NCBI GenBank assembly: GCA_001179505.1
Contig: CDMY01000404.1
Location: 1 to 64,000 of the forward strand
Direction of reading: 5' to 3'
DNA length: 64,000 nt
DNA from: Vitrella brassicaformis CCMP3155
Lineage: Eukaryota > Protista > Chromerida
Below the pieces are notes generated by a model, which was not told the DNA's origin, did no database searches, and was given only the letters and a program-made list of their open reading frames with translations. The position numbers were made by a program, and so were the translations under genes. This document shows positions 1 to 11,666 of this stretch, one piece after another; position 1 is the first letter of the stretch, and the number at the start of each line of letters is the position of its first letter.

Positions 1-1876
1 AGGGGCTTCTCAGCTACATGATGGCCTTCCTGCCCATCAACCTGATGGTGCAGCTGGCCAAGTCCATCTGGCAGAACTCCGCACCCCACCTCTCAGACGT
101 CACCATCACCTCAGCGACCAAGGAGGAGCGGTCGTTTTGGCAGCACGTCCATCTCGCCTTCGTCACCCAGCTGGCCGCCCGGCTCACCCGCCTCACGTCA
201 ATCACTCTCCGGTACCCTGACGGCGTCCCCCGCTACCCTAACGGCGTCACCTGCTGGTGTTTCGACGTCTTTGTGGCAATCATCGAGGGCCACATTGCCG
301 GCCGACGGGCAGCCGACATGCAAGGAGGGACCCTGCAGACATCACCATCGACAGAGGCCTTCGGCTGACCGGCGCGGCTGGGCAGAGCGTCACAAGGACC
401 GAACCGCCCCTCCCCGCCCCTCTCGACCCGCCCCCGACCCTCCACGCACTCACCACCATCGCCGGCCTGGAGGGCGAGCATCGGCAGCTGGCCGACCGTG
501 GCTGGCTGATGCCCTCACTCGCCACCGTGCACACGTGGTGGGGGTGGGCTAACAGACATATGCTTGGCCGACTCGTCAGCTCGTCCCGCTCCCTGCGGCG
601 TGTGGACGGCAGCCTTGAGGGTGAGGACTGGGCGGGTGTGTTTGAGGGCATCCCTGCGGCACCTGCTGGGCAGCAGGGAGGGCCACTCGCACAGCTGGAC
701 AAAATCGGCACCATCAATCTCTCGAATGACTGTCCGGCGGGCGTCGAGCGGCTTCAGGTGACCACAAAGGGAAGGACGGCAGCGCCCGTGGATTGGCTCA
801 TGATGTCCCTCCTGTATGTGTGTGTCTTCTTGTTTGCAGGAAGCGCTCGTTGCGCGTGGCTGCCGACGGTCACTCAAGGAGCTCTCCGTGTGCTATGAGG
901 GCTTCGGCATCGACCGCCACAGCATGCCCACACTGCTGGCGCTGGACCGCCTGGTCGGCACGTGCTGCCGACCAGACGCCCACCTTGAACTGGTTCACGT
1001 AATCAGTTACGGCCGTTTCGGGTTCGACATTTCCATCTTCTACCACGACACCTTCCCCACCCATCCCCCACCCTCATTCAAGACCATGATGCAGCAGCTG
1101 GCGCAGGAGGCCATGACGGTGAAGTACATCTTCACTCAGGACAACCTCGACAACCTCGACAACCCCAGCCCAGCGGCCATCGACATCGCATCCAGCCTGG
1201 TTTTCCGCACGTTCGCGGCGGTGGAGGTCGGCGACTTCGCTTTCCCGGGCACGCCATCGTCCAGCCCCTCCATCATCACCCATCTACAGCCGTTCCCGCA
1301 GCCCACTCAACCAGATGTCGACACAGAGCTGTCTGTCCGGAGCGACCTTGGTTGTGCTGCCGCCCGGCTATTCGCCACCAAGATGCCAAAGATGGTGGAC
1401 TGGCTGTGGATCGACAGTCTGTCAGATGGGGAGAAGTTGGGATTGCTGACGGCTCTGGGGAGGGACAGAGAGGTGGGGGCTACGGTGCACATGAGGCAGG
1501 TAGACGTCGACCAGCTGGTGGGGGCGGCCAACGAATTGCCGACGATCAAGGAACTAGACTTCGAGCTGACACGTACGCCGAGAGAAGTAGGGTAGTGTGC
1601 CCGTCCGTCCTCATTGCTGCCTTGTGTGTTCCCTCTCCTTCAGTGCCCGATGGTGTGGAGGACGCCGGCAGCTTCGTCCGCACCCGCCTCTCGTCGGTGA
1701 TCCGGCACATCAGGGGCCTGCGGCTTGTGGAGCTGTACGTCGGCACGACGACAGCTGAGCAGCATGCTTCCATCGAGAACTCCCTCCCTGTCGGCACCAA
1801 CATCGAGGGCTTCAGCGTCGAAAGCATCAGAAATGGGGGCACCCGAGTGACAATAACTGCCCGGCGCAATGCCTGA
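1..1876 (+). pseudogene. Family A (F-box-like / 'EGH-GR' superfamily) copy 1, 5'-truncated by the window edge and frameshifted
   Basis: Colinear with the intact copy at 55724-57903 (LLSYMMAFLP.NLMVQLAKSIWQ...AIIEGH.AGRRAA...EALVARGCRRSLK). Introns 758-839 and 1573-1643 (GT-AG), stop TGA 1874-1876. A 1-nt deletion near 340 (ctg cag ac- atc acc atc gac aga) splits the frame between ORFs 18..368 and 257..898. Could instead be an assembly error. Confidence 0.75.
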
Positions 1877-3186
1877 GGTGAGGGAATGGCACTCATTCAC
1901 AAGAAGGGCTGATGTTGGGACCGTCTTCGTGTCTGACCTCTGTGTGTGTGTGGTGGTGTCTGTCAGGCCGGCTGCTGTGTGTGGTGGGTCATTCATAGCG
2001 GAGAGGCAGTGGGGCCCTTCTCAGCTGACGACACTTGTGTGCTGCATAGCATAGCTGAGGGCCGTGTGTGTGTGTGTGGACGAGTGACTAGGTAGCTGTG
2101 CAGAATTGACGGATGAGGGCTGATTGATGCTGACGTGTGAATGATCGTTGGCAGAGAGAGAAAATGAGCGCGTCAGGCCAAGGGATGGGGACTTTTTTGG
2201 CTCCTCGTTTGCCAACGACCGACCATCAGTGTGATGCGTGTGGTGCAGACATTTTTTGTGCCGCGCTCGCCTCTCTCTCGATGACTCATCGTGCTGTCTT
2301 ACTCTACCGTCACACCCCGTCCCCTTCCCTCTCTCGACCGACCGACCCACCAGCGGTAGCAATACGCCCATCCGTCGAGACCCTCACGTGTCCGTGGGCG
2401 GTGGTCGAGTGACGGTGGGGGAGAGGGCAAAGACCATCGAGGAGGCCCGCAATTGTGAGTGCGTCGAAGAGCGTGACGGTGTAGACTGACGTGTTGAACG
2501 TTGGTGCTGCTAATGTGGCAGGACACACACACACACACAGAGAAAGTGGTCGCCACCAACCCGGCCCAACAGTGATCATGGCGTTCCCTGTCAGGCCCAA
2601 ATGCCTATGAATCAGCACACACCCATACAGGCAGACAGCCCACAGACAAGAAACAAGAAACTGTACGTGCGCTGCCACGACCTCACACATGAAGAATTCC
2701 TACATGCATCCACCCACAAGTACTGAGGCAGGGCTGATGTGCATGTCTGGTCTGTCTGGCGCTGTCCCGGACCTGCTCGATGTGCTGTGAACTGGCGGGC
2801 GACGGCGAACCACACAGCGACAGATGGCTCCCCAAACCACTCATAGAGAGACGACACAGCCCCTCAAGCACAGCTCAGATGAGTCCGCGGGCAGTCTGCA
2901 TCATGAGAGCCACTCACACTGGTGAGGCCTTGGGGGTGTTTTGCAGTGGGGCGTTCGCGTCATACCAAGCCTGAAGACGCCGGCGCAGCTCCTGCAGACT
3001 CTCCACGACGTCCCTGTGTGGTTCGGTGAAATTCACTCTTGGCAGTGTGCTCTCTTCCGCGCAACTGACTGTATCTCACTATTTCGTACTTTTTTAGTGT
3101 CTGGCTCTGTCGTTGTGTTCGCCTTCCCCGCCCTCTTCACTCTCTCTCACCCATCTGCTTTGCCCCTTTCGGCAGATCTGACGGCG

Positions 3187-4552
3187 ATGCAGCACAACCA
3201 CCAGCAGGCCGACCAGCAGCAGGCCGACCAGCAGCAGGAGCAGCCCGACCAGAATCAGGAACAGCATCCCTTCGTGTACATCTTTGTCGGCCGCCGCACC
3301 TTCTACCTTCTCAGCCTCAATGACATCTTGAGGCTGAGGAAGATCTGCAGATGGCTCCGAGAGCTCTTCAGAGCGCTTCAGCTGCGGCAGCGACTCAGCC
3401 ATTCGCTCTGCACACAGGCGGGGCTGCGGCGGACGGCCAGCGGACAGCAGCTCCTGACATTCGACGAGCAGCAGATGGGCGTGAGTGACCTGCTGGCGGC
3501 GCTGTGTGTGACGGAGGAGGGCGGCTGGAGAGAGATGAGCGAGGCGGTCGAGCTGGCGGGGCAGTGCGGCCGCTGCCAGCTGCCTGTGAGGCTCACGGCG
3601 ACCGATCTGCACCGATACCCAAACAAGACGGTACGCCAACCGAGGGAGGGAGGGAGGGAGGCAGAGACAATGGCTCTCAATGGGTGTGTCTGGGGTGTGT
3701 GTGCAGGCGTATTTGGCCGATCCCCGTGTGTTGGCTCATCTCAAGATGGTCGGCCCCCACATCGACTTCGGCAACGGCGTGACCTTCCAGCTGTTCCACC
3801 ACGGCAACACACTGCGGGCCATCAAGGACCAAGAGGGCTTCGAACTGACCATCGACCCGCCCCTTCCTCCCAACCACCCCTACCAGCAGCACCGACAGCA
3901 GCACGACCCGCCCGTCCGCAACAGGATCACATTTGTCCTGGCCTTGGGCTGGCACATGAGTTTGTCCAGGCCTCGGGACTACTCATCTGTGTCGTCGTAT
4001 GTCAAGAGCATCGTCATCGACCACTTCAGGGGGACTCACCAGATCAACTTCACTAGGCGTACTATCGACAGGTGAGGCGGGGCATCACTCTGTGTGTACT
4101 TTGCCACGACAGACGAGTGTGTATGTTATGTGTGTGTCTGTCAGGAATGTCGACAACAACCGGTTGGACACCATCGTGATACAGTCCCCCCACACACCAG
4201 TGGAGGGATGCACCACCACTGCATCATACCGCTGCACTGACGGCTTTCGTCGTCGTCGTCTCATCCTGACCGACGCCGGCCACCCGTTTGTCGCATGGAT
4301 CTACATCATGGAAGCCTCCTTCCACAACTTCGGTCAGCCCAGCACGGCACAGCCCATGCGCACAGACACAAAGCGCTCATTCTCAACTGCTGTGCTCTCT
4401 TGTCATTCTTTGCAGTGCATGCATGGGTCTGCACGACCGAGCCGGCTGTGTCTGGTGTGGGTGATGCCTTCAAGGACCGCTTCCCTCAGACCACTCGGCT
4501 GGCGCGTGTGGTGTTGGGGGCCATCATCTCAGCCATCCTGTTTGACCGATAG
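3187..4552 (+). CDS. Family B lineage-specific protein with F-box-like N-terminus, copy 1 (4 exons, apparently intact)
   Basis: Exons 3187-3630, 3707-4071, 4145-4332 and 4416-4552 join in frame with GT-AG introns. N-terminal motif FYLLSLNDILRLRKICRWLRELF resembles the F-box consensus. Paralogs at 17003-18240 and 63774-64000. Confidence 0.85.
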
Positions 4553-5447
4553 ACAGCTGAGGTGTGTTTGCATCAAACACGACAGACACGAGCAGATGAT
4601 GAGCACACGACGTACGCAATGCTGTCTGTGCGCTTCCATGTGTGTGTCAGGTTGGTCGATGTGTGTCTGGTTGGTATGGCCAGATGGTGTGCTGACTCAA
4701 CCACTGTCTCCTTCGGGGCTGCTAGGGGGTGGGCGGTCGATCGACGGCCATGGCGGTTTGAATCATAGCTTCGTTTTTCGCTAATGACCCTTAGTTGCTG
4801 ATTACTTAATTGTTGATAAGTGACCCGTGTTGTTTCTGTCTGTGTTGCGGCCGCGATGTTTTTAGTCTGTTACCGAGACCGGTCTTAGTCGTGGCAGGCG
4901 GGATTCCTCAGTCGGTCGGTGGCGTTTTTGGTGTGTCTCTCTCTCTCATTGACGCCCATCCATCCGCTCACACACGCGCCCCCATTCATGTTTGGCTCTC
5001 ACTGCCAGACATGAGAGGCTGTCTTCTCTTCTCTTCATTCTCCTTGAAAACACACAGACAGACATCTCATAGATATCTCATGCTTCCATATTCGATTGTA
5101 TGTCTCCATGGTATGTGGGTGAGTGCCAACTAATTAAGTGTTTGTGCAGATGGCTGCGGGTTGAGTGAAATGCCTACGGATGTGTGAGAGAGTGTGACAT
5201 TCTCATCGATTGCATCGATTTATTGCAGTCGATCACGCCGATATAGGCACACAGAACATATGTACTTACAGGGCCATCTCGCTTCCTCCCTTGACCGGCA
5301 AGACAAGACAAGACACGCCACAAAACAAACTGTCAAAACTGACAATCGATCACGATAGGCACCCCACATGACATGAGCCGCTTGCATGGATGGATGGATA
5401 GATGGGTGGACGTGTATATCCAGACAGCCCCCATCCCGCACTATTAG

Positions 5448-6452
5448 CTATGACTGCATCTCCGGGTCAGCGGCCCCCTCATGCTGCTGCTGGCCCTCCA
5501 TCTCATCGCTTGGCCGCTTCGTCCCGCGACGCTCCTGAACCAACGAAGCGGGACGGACGAATGAATGATGAGTGATGGCTGAACAAACATCCAACTGACC
5601 TGCTCTGCTGCTTGAGCATGGCGATTTCATTGCGGAGTCGCCTATTCTCGGCCTCCAGACGATGCCGCTCGGCCGCCTCCTGCGCACACTGCATTGGGTG
5701 AGCCCGTTGCATTCGTGATGAATTGGGCGAGCTCTTGACGCGACACGTCGATTGCATCACACGAGATGGCGTCCCCGAGGCTGGCCACCAGGCTCACGGC
5801 CGCCTTGATGCCGTCATCCTGAATGAAGCTCGCCTCTCGCGCGTCGCCGCCACTGTCCACGGATGACGTCAGGCCGCTTGCACAGACACGGCAGGAACGC
5901 TACGCGAATGTCGGAGTGGCAGTGGATGAATCGCGCGATGAATGGGTAGCGGGCGAAAGTCGAGGAGGGTGTTGGCCAAATGGTGGTCACTGAGCCAGCC
6001 CTCCACCACAACCTGACACAAGCCGACCAGACGCAGCAACAGTAAACGAGACCTCTCCCCTCCCCATTGCTCACCTTGCGATGGATGCGCCACAGCAGGC
6101 TTTTGAGTGCTGCCGCTCGTGAAGATTTGGTCGACGTCGAACTGCAGGTAGTCAGGAGCGATCAGCGCATCCAGGAGCTTGTCCTTGGTCAGCGACTTGA
6201 CGATGTCCACCTCCTGCTGCAGCACCACCTTACCGATGGACCGGCTGATCTTCTCGATGCACACTTGACGCTCCTGGCCCTCTTGAAACTCGCCATCCAT
6301 GACCTGCGCAGACGACGCACCTCCCGCACATGTCGCGTTTCTGTCATCTCTGTCGTGTGTGGTGTGCCGTATGAGATCTGACCCTCCTTGACGACCAGCT
6401 GCGCATCGCCCTCCCCATCGCCAGCGAACCGCACACTCACTGACGGCTCCAT
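5448..6452 (-). pseudogene. BTB/POZ-domain gene, decayed and internally deleted paralog of 33316-35565
   Basis: MEPSVSVRFAGDGE...MDGEFQEGQERQVCIEKIS...LLDALIAPDYLQF aligns to the other copy. It lacks the SVARQFKYFQR codons at the end of exon 1 (phase broken), has a +1 A in caaaagc (~6101-6104), and jumps from ...ATGS directly to the acceptor of the coiled-coil exon (~5690), a deletion of about 1.2 kb. Confidence 0.8.
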
Positions 6453-6708
6453 AACACTGCTGGGCCCGGCAGAGGGGACGATGGCAGACACCGAAATGCA
6501 ATGAAGGCACCACTCGACACCCACCAGACCGCTGCAGACTCGTCGCAGATCCGCAGAACAGAACACTTTGTTATCTCGTTGTGCAAGGCAAGAGGAGTCT
6601 AGAGAGGAGGCTCAGATCAGCACACTGGGGTTCATTGTTCTGCGCCCTTTCTGTTTGTCGCCCCTTTCCCAGAAAGCTCGCATTGAAGCTCGCATTCCGC
6701 GAGCGGCC

Positions 6709-9700
6709 ATGGAGCGAGGCGCGAGGCCTTGCATCATGCCCAAAGGGGAGAGTGACGTCCCCTTTCCCCTTGGATCGACTCATCAGTCGCCACGTCGTTT
6801 GTTCGCCCATCGTCGCTGCTAGCTTCCAGCCTGATCCCCCTCAGCAACCCCTGGGAGGACGTAGAGGGCGGCCGGAGCAGCCGGGCAGCAGTGGGAGCCA
6901 TGAACGACCGAAACCGCTCGGCTGGCGTGGCGGAGGCACTTCAGTCCTTCCCAAGGCACCAGCCGAGGCTCACCGCCAGCATGACGGCCAGCCAGGCCCG
7001 ATACCGAGCTTCCTCCCAGGCTCCAGCTCCACTGCCCCGCTATGCGGTGAGAATACGACGCACCGCACCCACACAGGCAGCAATGAGCTCTCTCATGATG
7101 TATGTGTGTGTTTCGTGTGTGTTATCTATCTGCAGCATCACCAGGCAGAGTTCGCTGCAGCTGCGCCGAGATTCGTGACTCGGCAGAGTCGCGAGGCGTC
7201 GTCGCGTCAGAGCAGCTCTGGTGATTCCCAGCGGCCATCGCATTCCCGCGAGTCCCGGCAGCAGACGCGTGACGGTGTGGGGTCTGCGGTGCGGGAGCGT
7301 AGCGAACACACGGGAGTGCATCGGAAGGACAAGGTCATGGAGTCGGGCTTCTTCAGGAGTAAGCCGCGGAACACATAACAGGGGAGGGAGGGAGGGAGGG
7401 AGGGAGGGGAGGGTGGGAGGGATGCATGGATGGATGGATGGACGTCTGTGTCTGTGTGTGTGTATGTGATGTTTGTCTGTTGATGCAGTTGGGGGATATC
7501 CGCCGGCTGCGTATGGGCTGTACAATCTGGGGAACACTTGCTATCAGTAAGCAAGCCACAACCCATGCATCAACAAGTCGAAGACCAAAACACACATGTC
7601 TGTCTGTCTGTCCCTGCTTGTTTTGTTGTTGTGTGCAGGAATGCGGTTGTGCAGCCATTGGTTCGGACTCCATGGTTCTGGGACTGGTCAGCTGCCAGCC
7701 GGCACCGCACCCACCCAATGAACCAACCAAGCAGACATCTCTCTCTCTCTCGCTCTCTCTCTCGGTGTGTGTGTGTGTGTCTGTTCGGTGTGCAGGTTCA
7801 CAGTAGCGTTTGATGATTCGGACGATGCCCATTGGCAGACGTTCATCTGTCCTCGCAGCCCCTACAGAGGACACGTAGCCTCGGTGAGTGAATGAGCGAG
7901 CTACCTACACCACACACAGACACACCAAACCACACATATACACTTGTGATCTGCGTTGTGTGTGTGTGTGTGTCCCTATCAATGAGTGCAGGTGTTTGCG
8001 ACCTTGATGCGAGAGTTCTCGTCTGACGGCGCGTCGGAGCAGCAGGGGGGCGTCGTCGACCCGAGCGACTTTCGCCGCGTCTTTGGAGAGAACAAGAAGG
8101 AGTTCAAAGGTAACCACCACACACACACACACACAATCCACCAAATGGTCGGCATCATCAATCAGGACGTGTGTGTGGTGTGCTGTGTGGGCGTGTGTCT
8201 GTGGGCCAGGTCGCCGTCAGCAGGACTCGGCAGAGTTTCTGGGCAAGCTGCTCGAGTGTCTTCACGAAGTACGGAGCCACCAGATCGCCCCCAACACACG
8301 CATGCCATCACTGGCCTGTGTATGTGTGTCGGGTGCATGGCATGTGTGCAGGACACCAACAGGATCCAGGAGAAGCCGCCATTCCAGGAGATGGACGACC
8401 GACCGGGCGAGACGCCCACAGAGGCCAGGTAGGCCGGCGGGCGGGCGAGGGGCTGGGCCACACCCACACACGCATCCATTGCCCCCTCTTTCTGTCTGTG
8501 TGTGTGACCAGCGACCGTTGGTGGACGTACGACCACCAGCGGAGCGACTCCATCGTCTCCGACGTGTTTGGCGGACAGCTCATGACGGAGATCATCTGCC
8601 CGAAATGCGGCCACAGTGAGCACACAACACACACCCCACACCCCACACCCACAGCACCACTCCACAGACGTCCTTTGATGTAGTGCTGTGATTGGGTGTC
8701 ATGTGATGTGTGATGTGTGCAGTTGCGCGCAACTTCGAGACGAATTGGTCTCTGCCCCTGACGATTCCTGACGACGAGACGGCCGAGGTCGAGCTCGACG
8801 AGTGCCTCAAGACGTTCTGCAAGATCGAGGTGAGTCCGGTCGGCGCCATACAGCACACTGCACTGCACACACGCCCCCTCCCTCACTCTGTCTCCGTATG
8901 TGGTATGACGTCGATCAGGTGCTGAGGGGCGATGACGTCTGGTACTGTCCCAAGTGCAAGGAACACGTTGAGGCCAGGTAGGATGGGAGGGAGAGGATGT
9001 CTCCGTGCTCGTGTTATGTTGACCTGTCTGTCTGGCTGGCTGCGTGTGTGGGTATGTCGTGTCAGCCGCCAGGTGACGATCTTCAGGTGCCCGCCGGTGC
9101 TGGTCGTGACGCTCAACCGCTTCCGCAAGGACAAGTTCGGCGGCACGGAGGGCATCTTCAACGCCAAGCGTCTCAACACTCCGGTGCGCTTCAAGATGCG
9201 CAAGCTCTGTCTCGCCGAGGTTCATGGCCTCTGCGAACACTCTGGTAAGGAGAGATATGGGAGAGGGGGGGAGGATGGCTGTGCTCATGCCTGTGTGTGT
9301 GTGTGTGTGTGTGTCGCGTGTTCAGAGGATCCCACGATCAGCCGCGAGTACGATCTGTTCGCCGTCACCCATCACGACGGCATCCTCCATGGCGGCCACT
9401 ACTACGCGTGAGCACCCGACAGACAGACAGACAGACATACACACAGACAGGGCGTGACTGCAGGAGGGAAATGCGTGTCTGCGTGTGTGTGTCTGTGTCT
9501 TGCGTGTGCAGCTACGCCAAGTTGGTGGTGAATGGTGTGGTCTCGTGGGTGCGGTTTGACGACATCGCCACCGAGTACTTCATGCCCGAGGAGCAACTTC
9601 AGGGTGCGTATCTAGAGCAGGGAGGAGGGGAGGGGAGGGGACGTCCCACAACAAGAGAGACTCGCCCATGTGTGTGTGTGTGTGTGTGTGTGTCAGGTTC

Positions 9701-11666
9701 TGCGGCCTACATCCTGTGGTACCAGGCCCGCGACATGCCAAAGGTGTTCCAGGAGAAGCGGAAGGTCCGTGTTGAAGGTACGCGCCGATGATGTCGACCA
9801 CCCACCCACCCACCCACACACACACAGAGACACGCTCACACGCACTCATTCATGTGTGTCTGCTTGGTGTGTGCTGTGTGCAGTGCCGCTGCCCCGTTCC
9901 ATCGACAACCCGGTGGTGCCGTCGAGTCGGTCGTCCTCGCGCGACAACCCCTCGAGTGTGCTCGACAAGGACACCGAGGACATCACCTCCCCGCTCGACG
10001 ACAGCACCGACATCGCCGCACCGGCGGCGGCTGCCGACACCTCCCACCTCCCTGCGCCCACCGTCCGGCCCTCCAAGCCGTCCACGGTGCCCCCGCCCGC
10101 CCCGGCTGCTCACACCCCTCCGGCCGCTCCCCTCTCGCCACCGCCAGTGCACGCCAAGGCCCCCAGTGCCATCACCACCACAACCACCGAGCGGGAGGAG
10201 ACGGCCGAGAGGCCCGCCCCGGCCGCCGCGTCTGATCGTCGCCCCTCAGCCCCTCTGTCGTCGTCACTGCCGTCCATCCCGCTAGCTGCAGGGCAGCGCG
10301 CGCGGTACGGCTATGGCTCGCGGGCGAGCCAGGGGTCACTGGACTCTGGCTATGAGAGGGACTACGAGGACGGTCCCCTGGGGAGAAACATAATGCGCGA
10401 CCTCGGGCATCGGGGGATGACGGTGGGTGTGCATGGGGCGGCGGCGGCGGCGGCGTCACCCACTGGTGGCAGCGCGAGCCGCAGTATCTTATCCGACCCC
10501 CTCGAGCCCCAGCCCCTCGCACCCTCTCTCTCTCGGGATCGACACTTCCAGCAGTCGCTTCGTCTTGACGAGGCTGTCAGGGCCTCTTACGCCTCGGCCA
10601 CCACCACCCAGCCATCTGTCGGCGCGTCATCAAGCCGCAGCAACCGCATCGGCACCCCCACACGGACAACGGCGGCTGACACAGCTGGGGCGGGATCGAC
10701 GTTCGCGATGGGTGAGGTGCGTGGCGGCAGCCTCAGCAACTCGCGCAGAGGGAGTGGGAGTGGGGGTGGTGAGGCGCGGGCAGCTGGGATGACCACCAGC
10801 GAGTGTGAGCGGCTGATAGAGCGGCGCAGCAGCCGCGACCGCGACCGCGAGCAGCGCGATGATGACGCCATCGCGTCGCTCATGCCGCGTCGGTGGTCGG
10901 GCATTGGCGTGAAGGACCCCTATCGCCATTCGTCGAGGCCGCTCGACTCCCAGCCCAGCTACGAGCGTGACGAGGGCCTCAGCATCGGCACCAGCCACAC
11001 GGCAGCGTACCGGCTCTCCCACAACCAGCCCTCCCTGTCCAGCTCTGCTGCTGCTGCTGCTGCTGCTTCGTACTTCGACGCATATCCCCACCAGCGCAGC
11101 AGCGGCGGGCGGGACATCTACGGCACCGACTCGCACGGCAGCAGCATCCCCACTGTCGGCCACCCTCCCGCCCTCATGCCGGCATCCCCGTCCCTCGCCT
11201 CGCGAGCACAGCAGCAGCGGGAGGAGTCCACCCTCCAGGCCGCCCAGCGCTCCAGAGGCGGTGTGGTTTCCCCTGCGGCCCGTCAGGCCACCACCAGCAC
11301 AGACGGCATCCGCAGACACAGCACCGGGCCGGGCAGCATTGCGGGTGCGGGCGCCTTCGGCTCCTCAACACGGTCGTCGGCCATCAACAACTTTGCGAGC
11401 AGCTTGTCGACGTTCACCGGGGGTCGGGCGTCGAGAGGCAACAGCGTCAACCCCACACGATTGACCAACAATCCCTATGCATCGCTGTCGTCCATGGGCT
11501 CCACATCTTCCAGCCGGGTAAGCAGGCAACAACAGAGATCAATGGACTGGACGGGCGGCCAGACAGCTGGTCATTTGCCCTTTGTGTGTGTGTGTCGTGT
11601 CAGAACCGCAATCAGAGCCCGGTTGAGCGCAGCTATCAGTCGAGACTCTTTGGTTATCGTCGATAA
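6709..11666 (+). CDS. Ubiquitin-specific protease (peptidase C19/USP) with a long disordered C-terminal tail, about 17 exons
   Basis: Spliced motifs: Cys box GLYNLGNTCYQNAVVQ (Cys 7539-7541), RQQDSAEFL (8210-8240), SIVSDVFGGQL..CPKC, WYCPKC, PPVLVVTLNRF, His box YDLFAVTHHDGILHGGHYYA (His 9397-9399), WVRFDD, AYILWY. Long Ser/Pro/Ala exon 9884-11517; last exon ends TAA 11664-11666. The start exon is the least certain part. Confidence 0.93.

Noticed and set aside
2230-2900. Coding-looking fragments (PIRRDPHVSVGGGRVTVGERAKTIEEARN; LYVRCHDLTHEEFLHASTHKY; AVWFAVARQF on -)
   Set aside because: Could not be joined into a phase-consistent gene or matched to a family; possibly a decayed gene or element, but unsupported.
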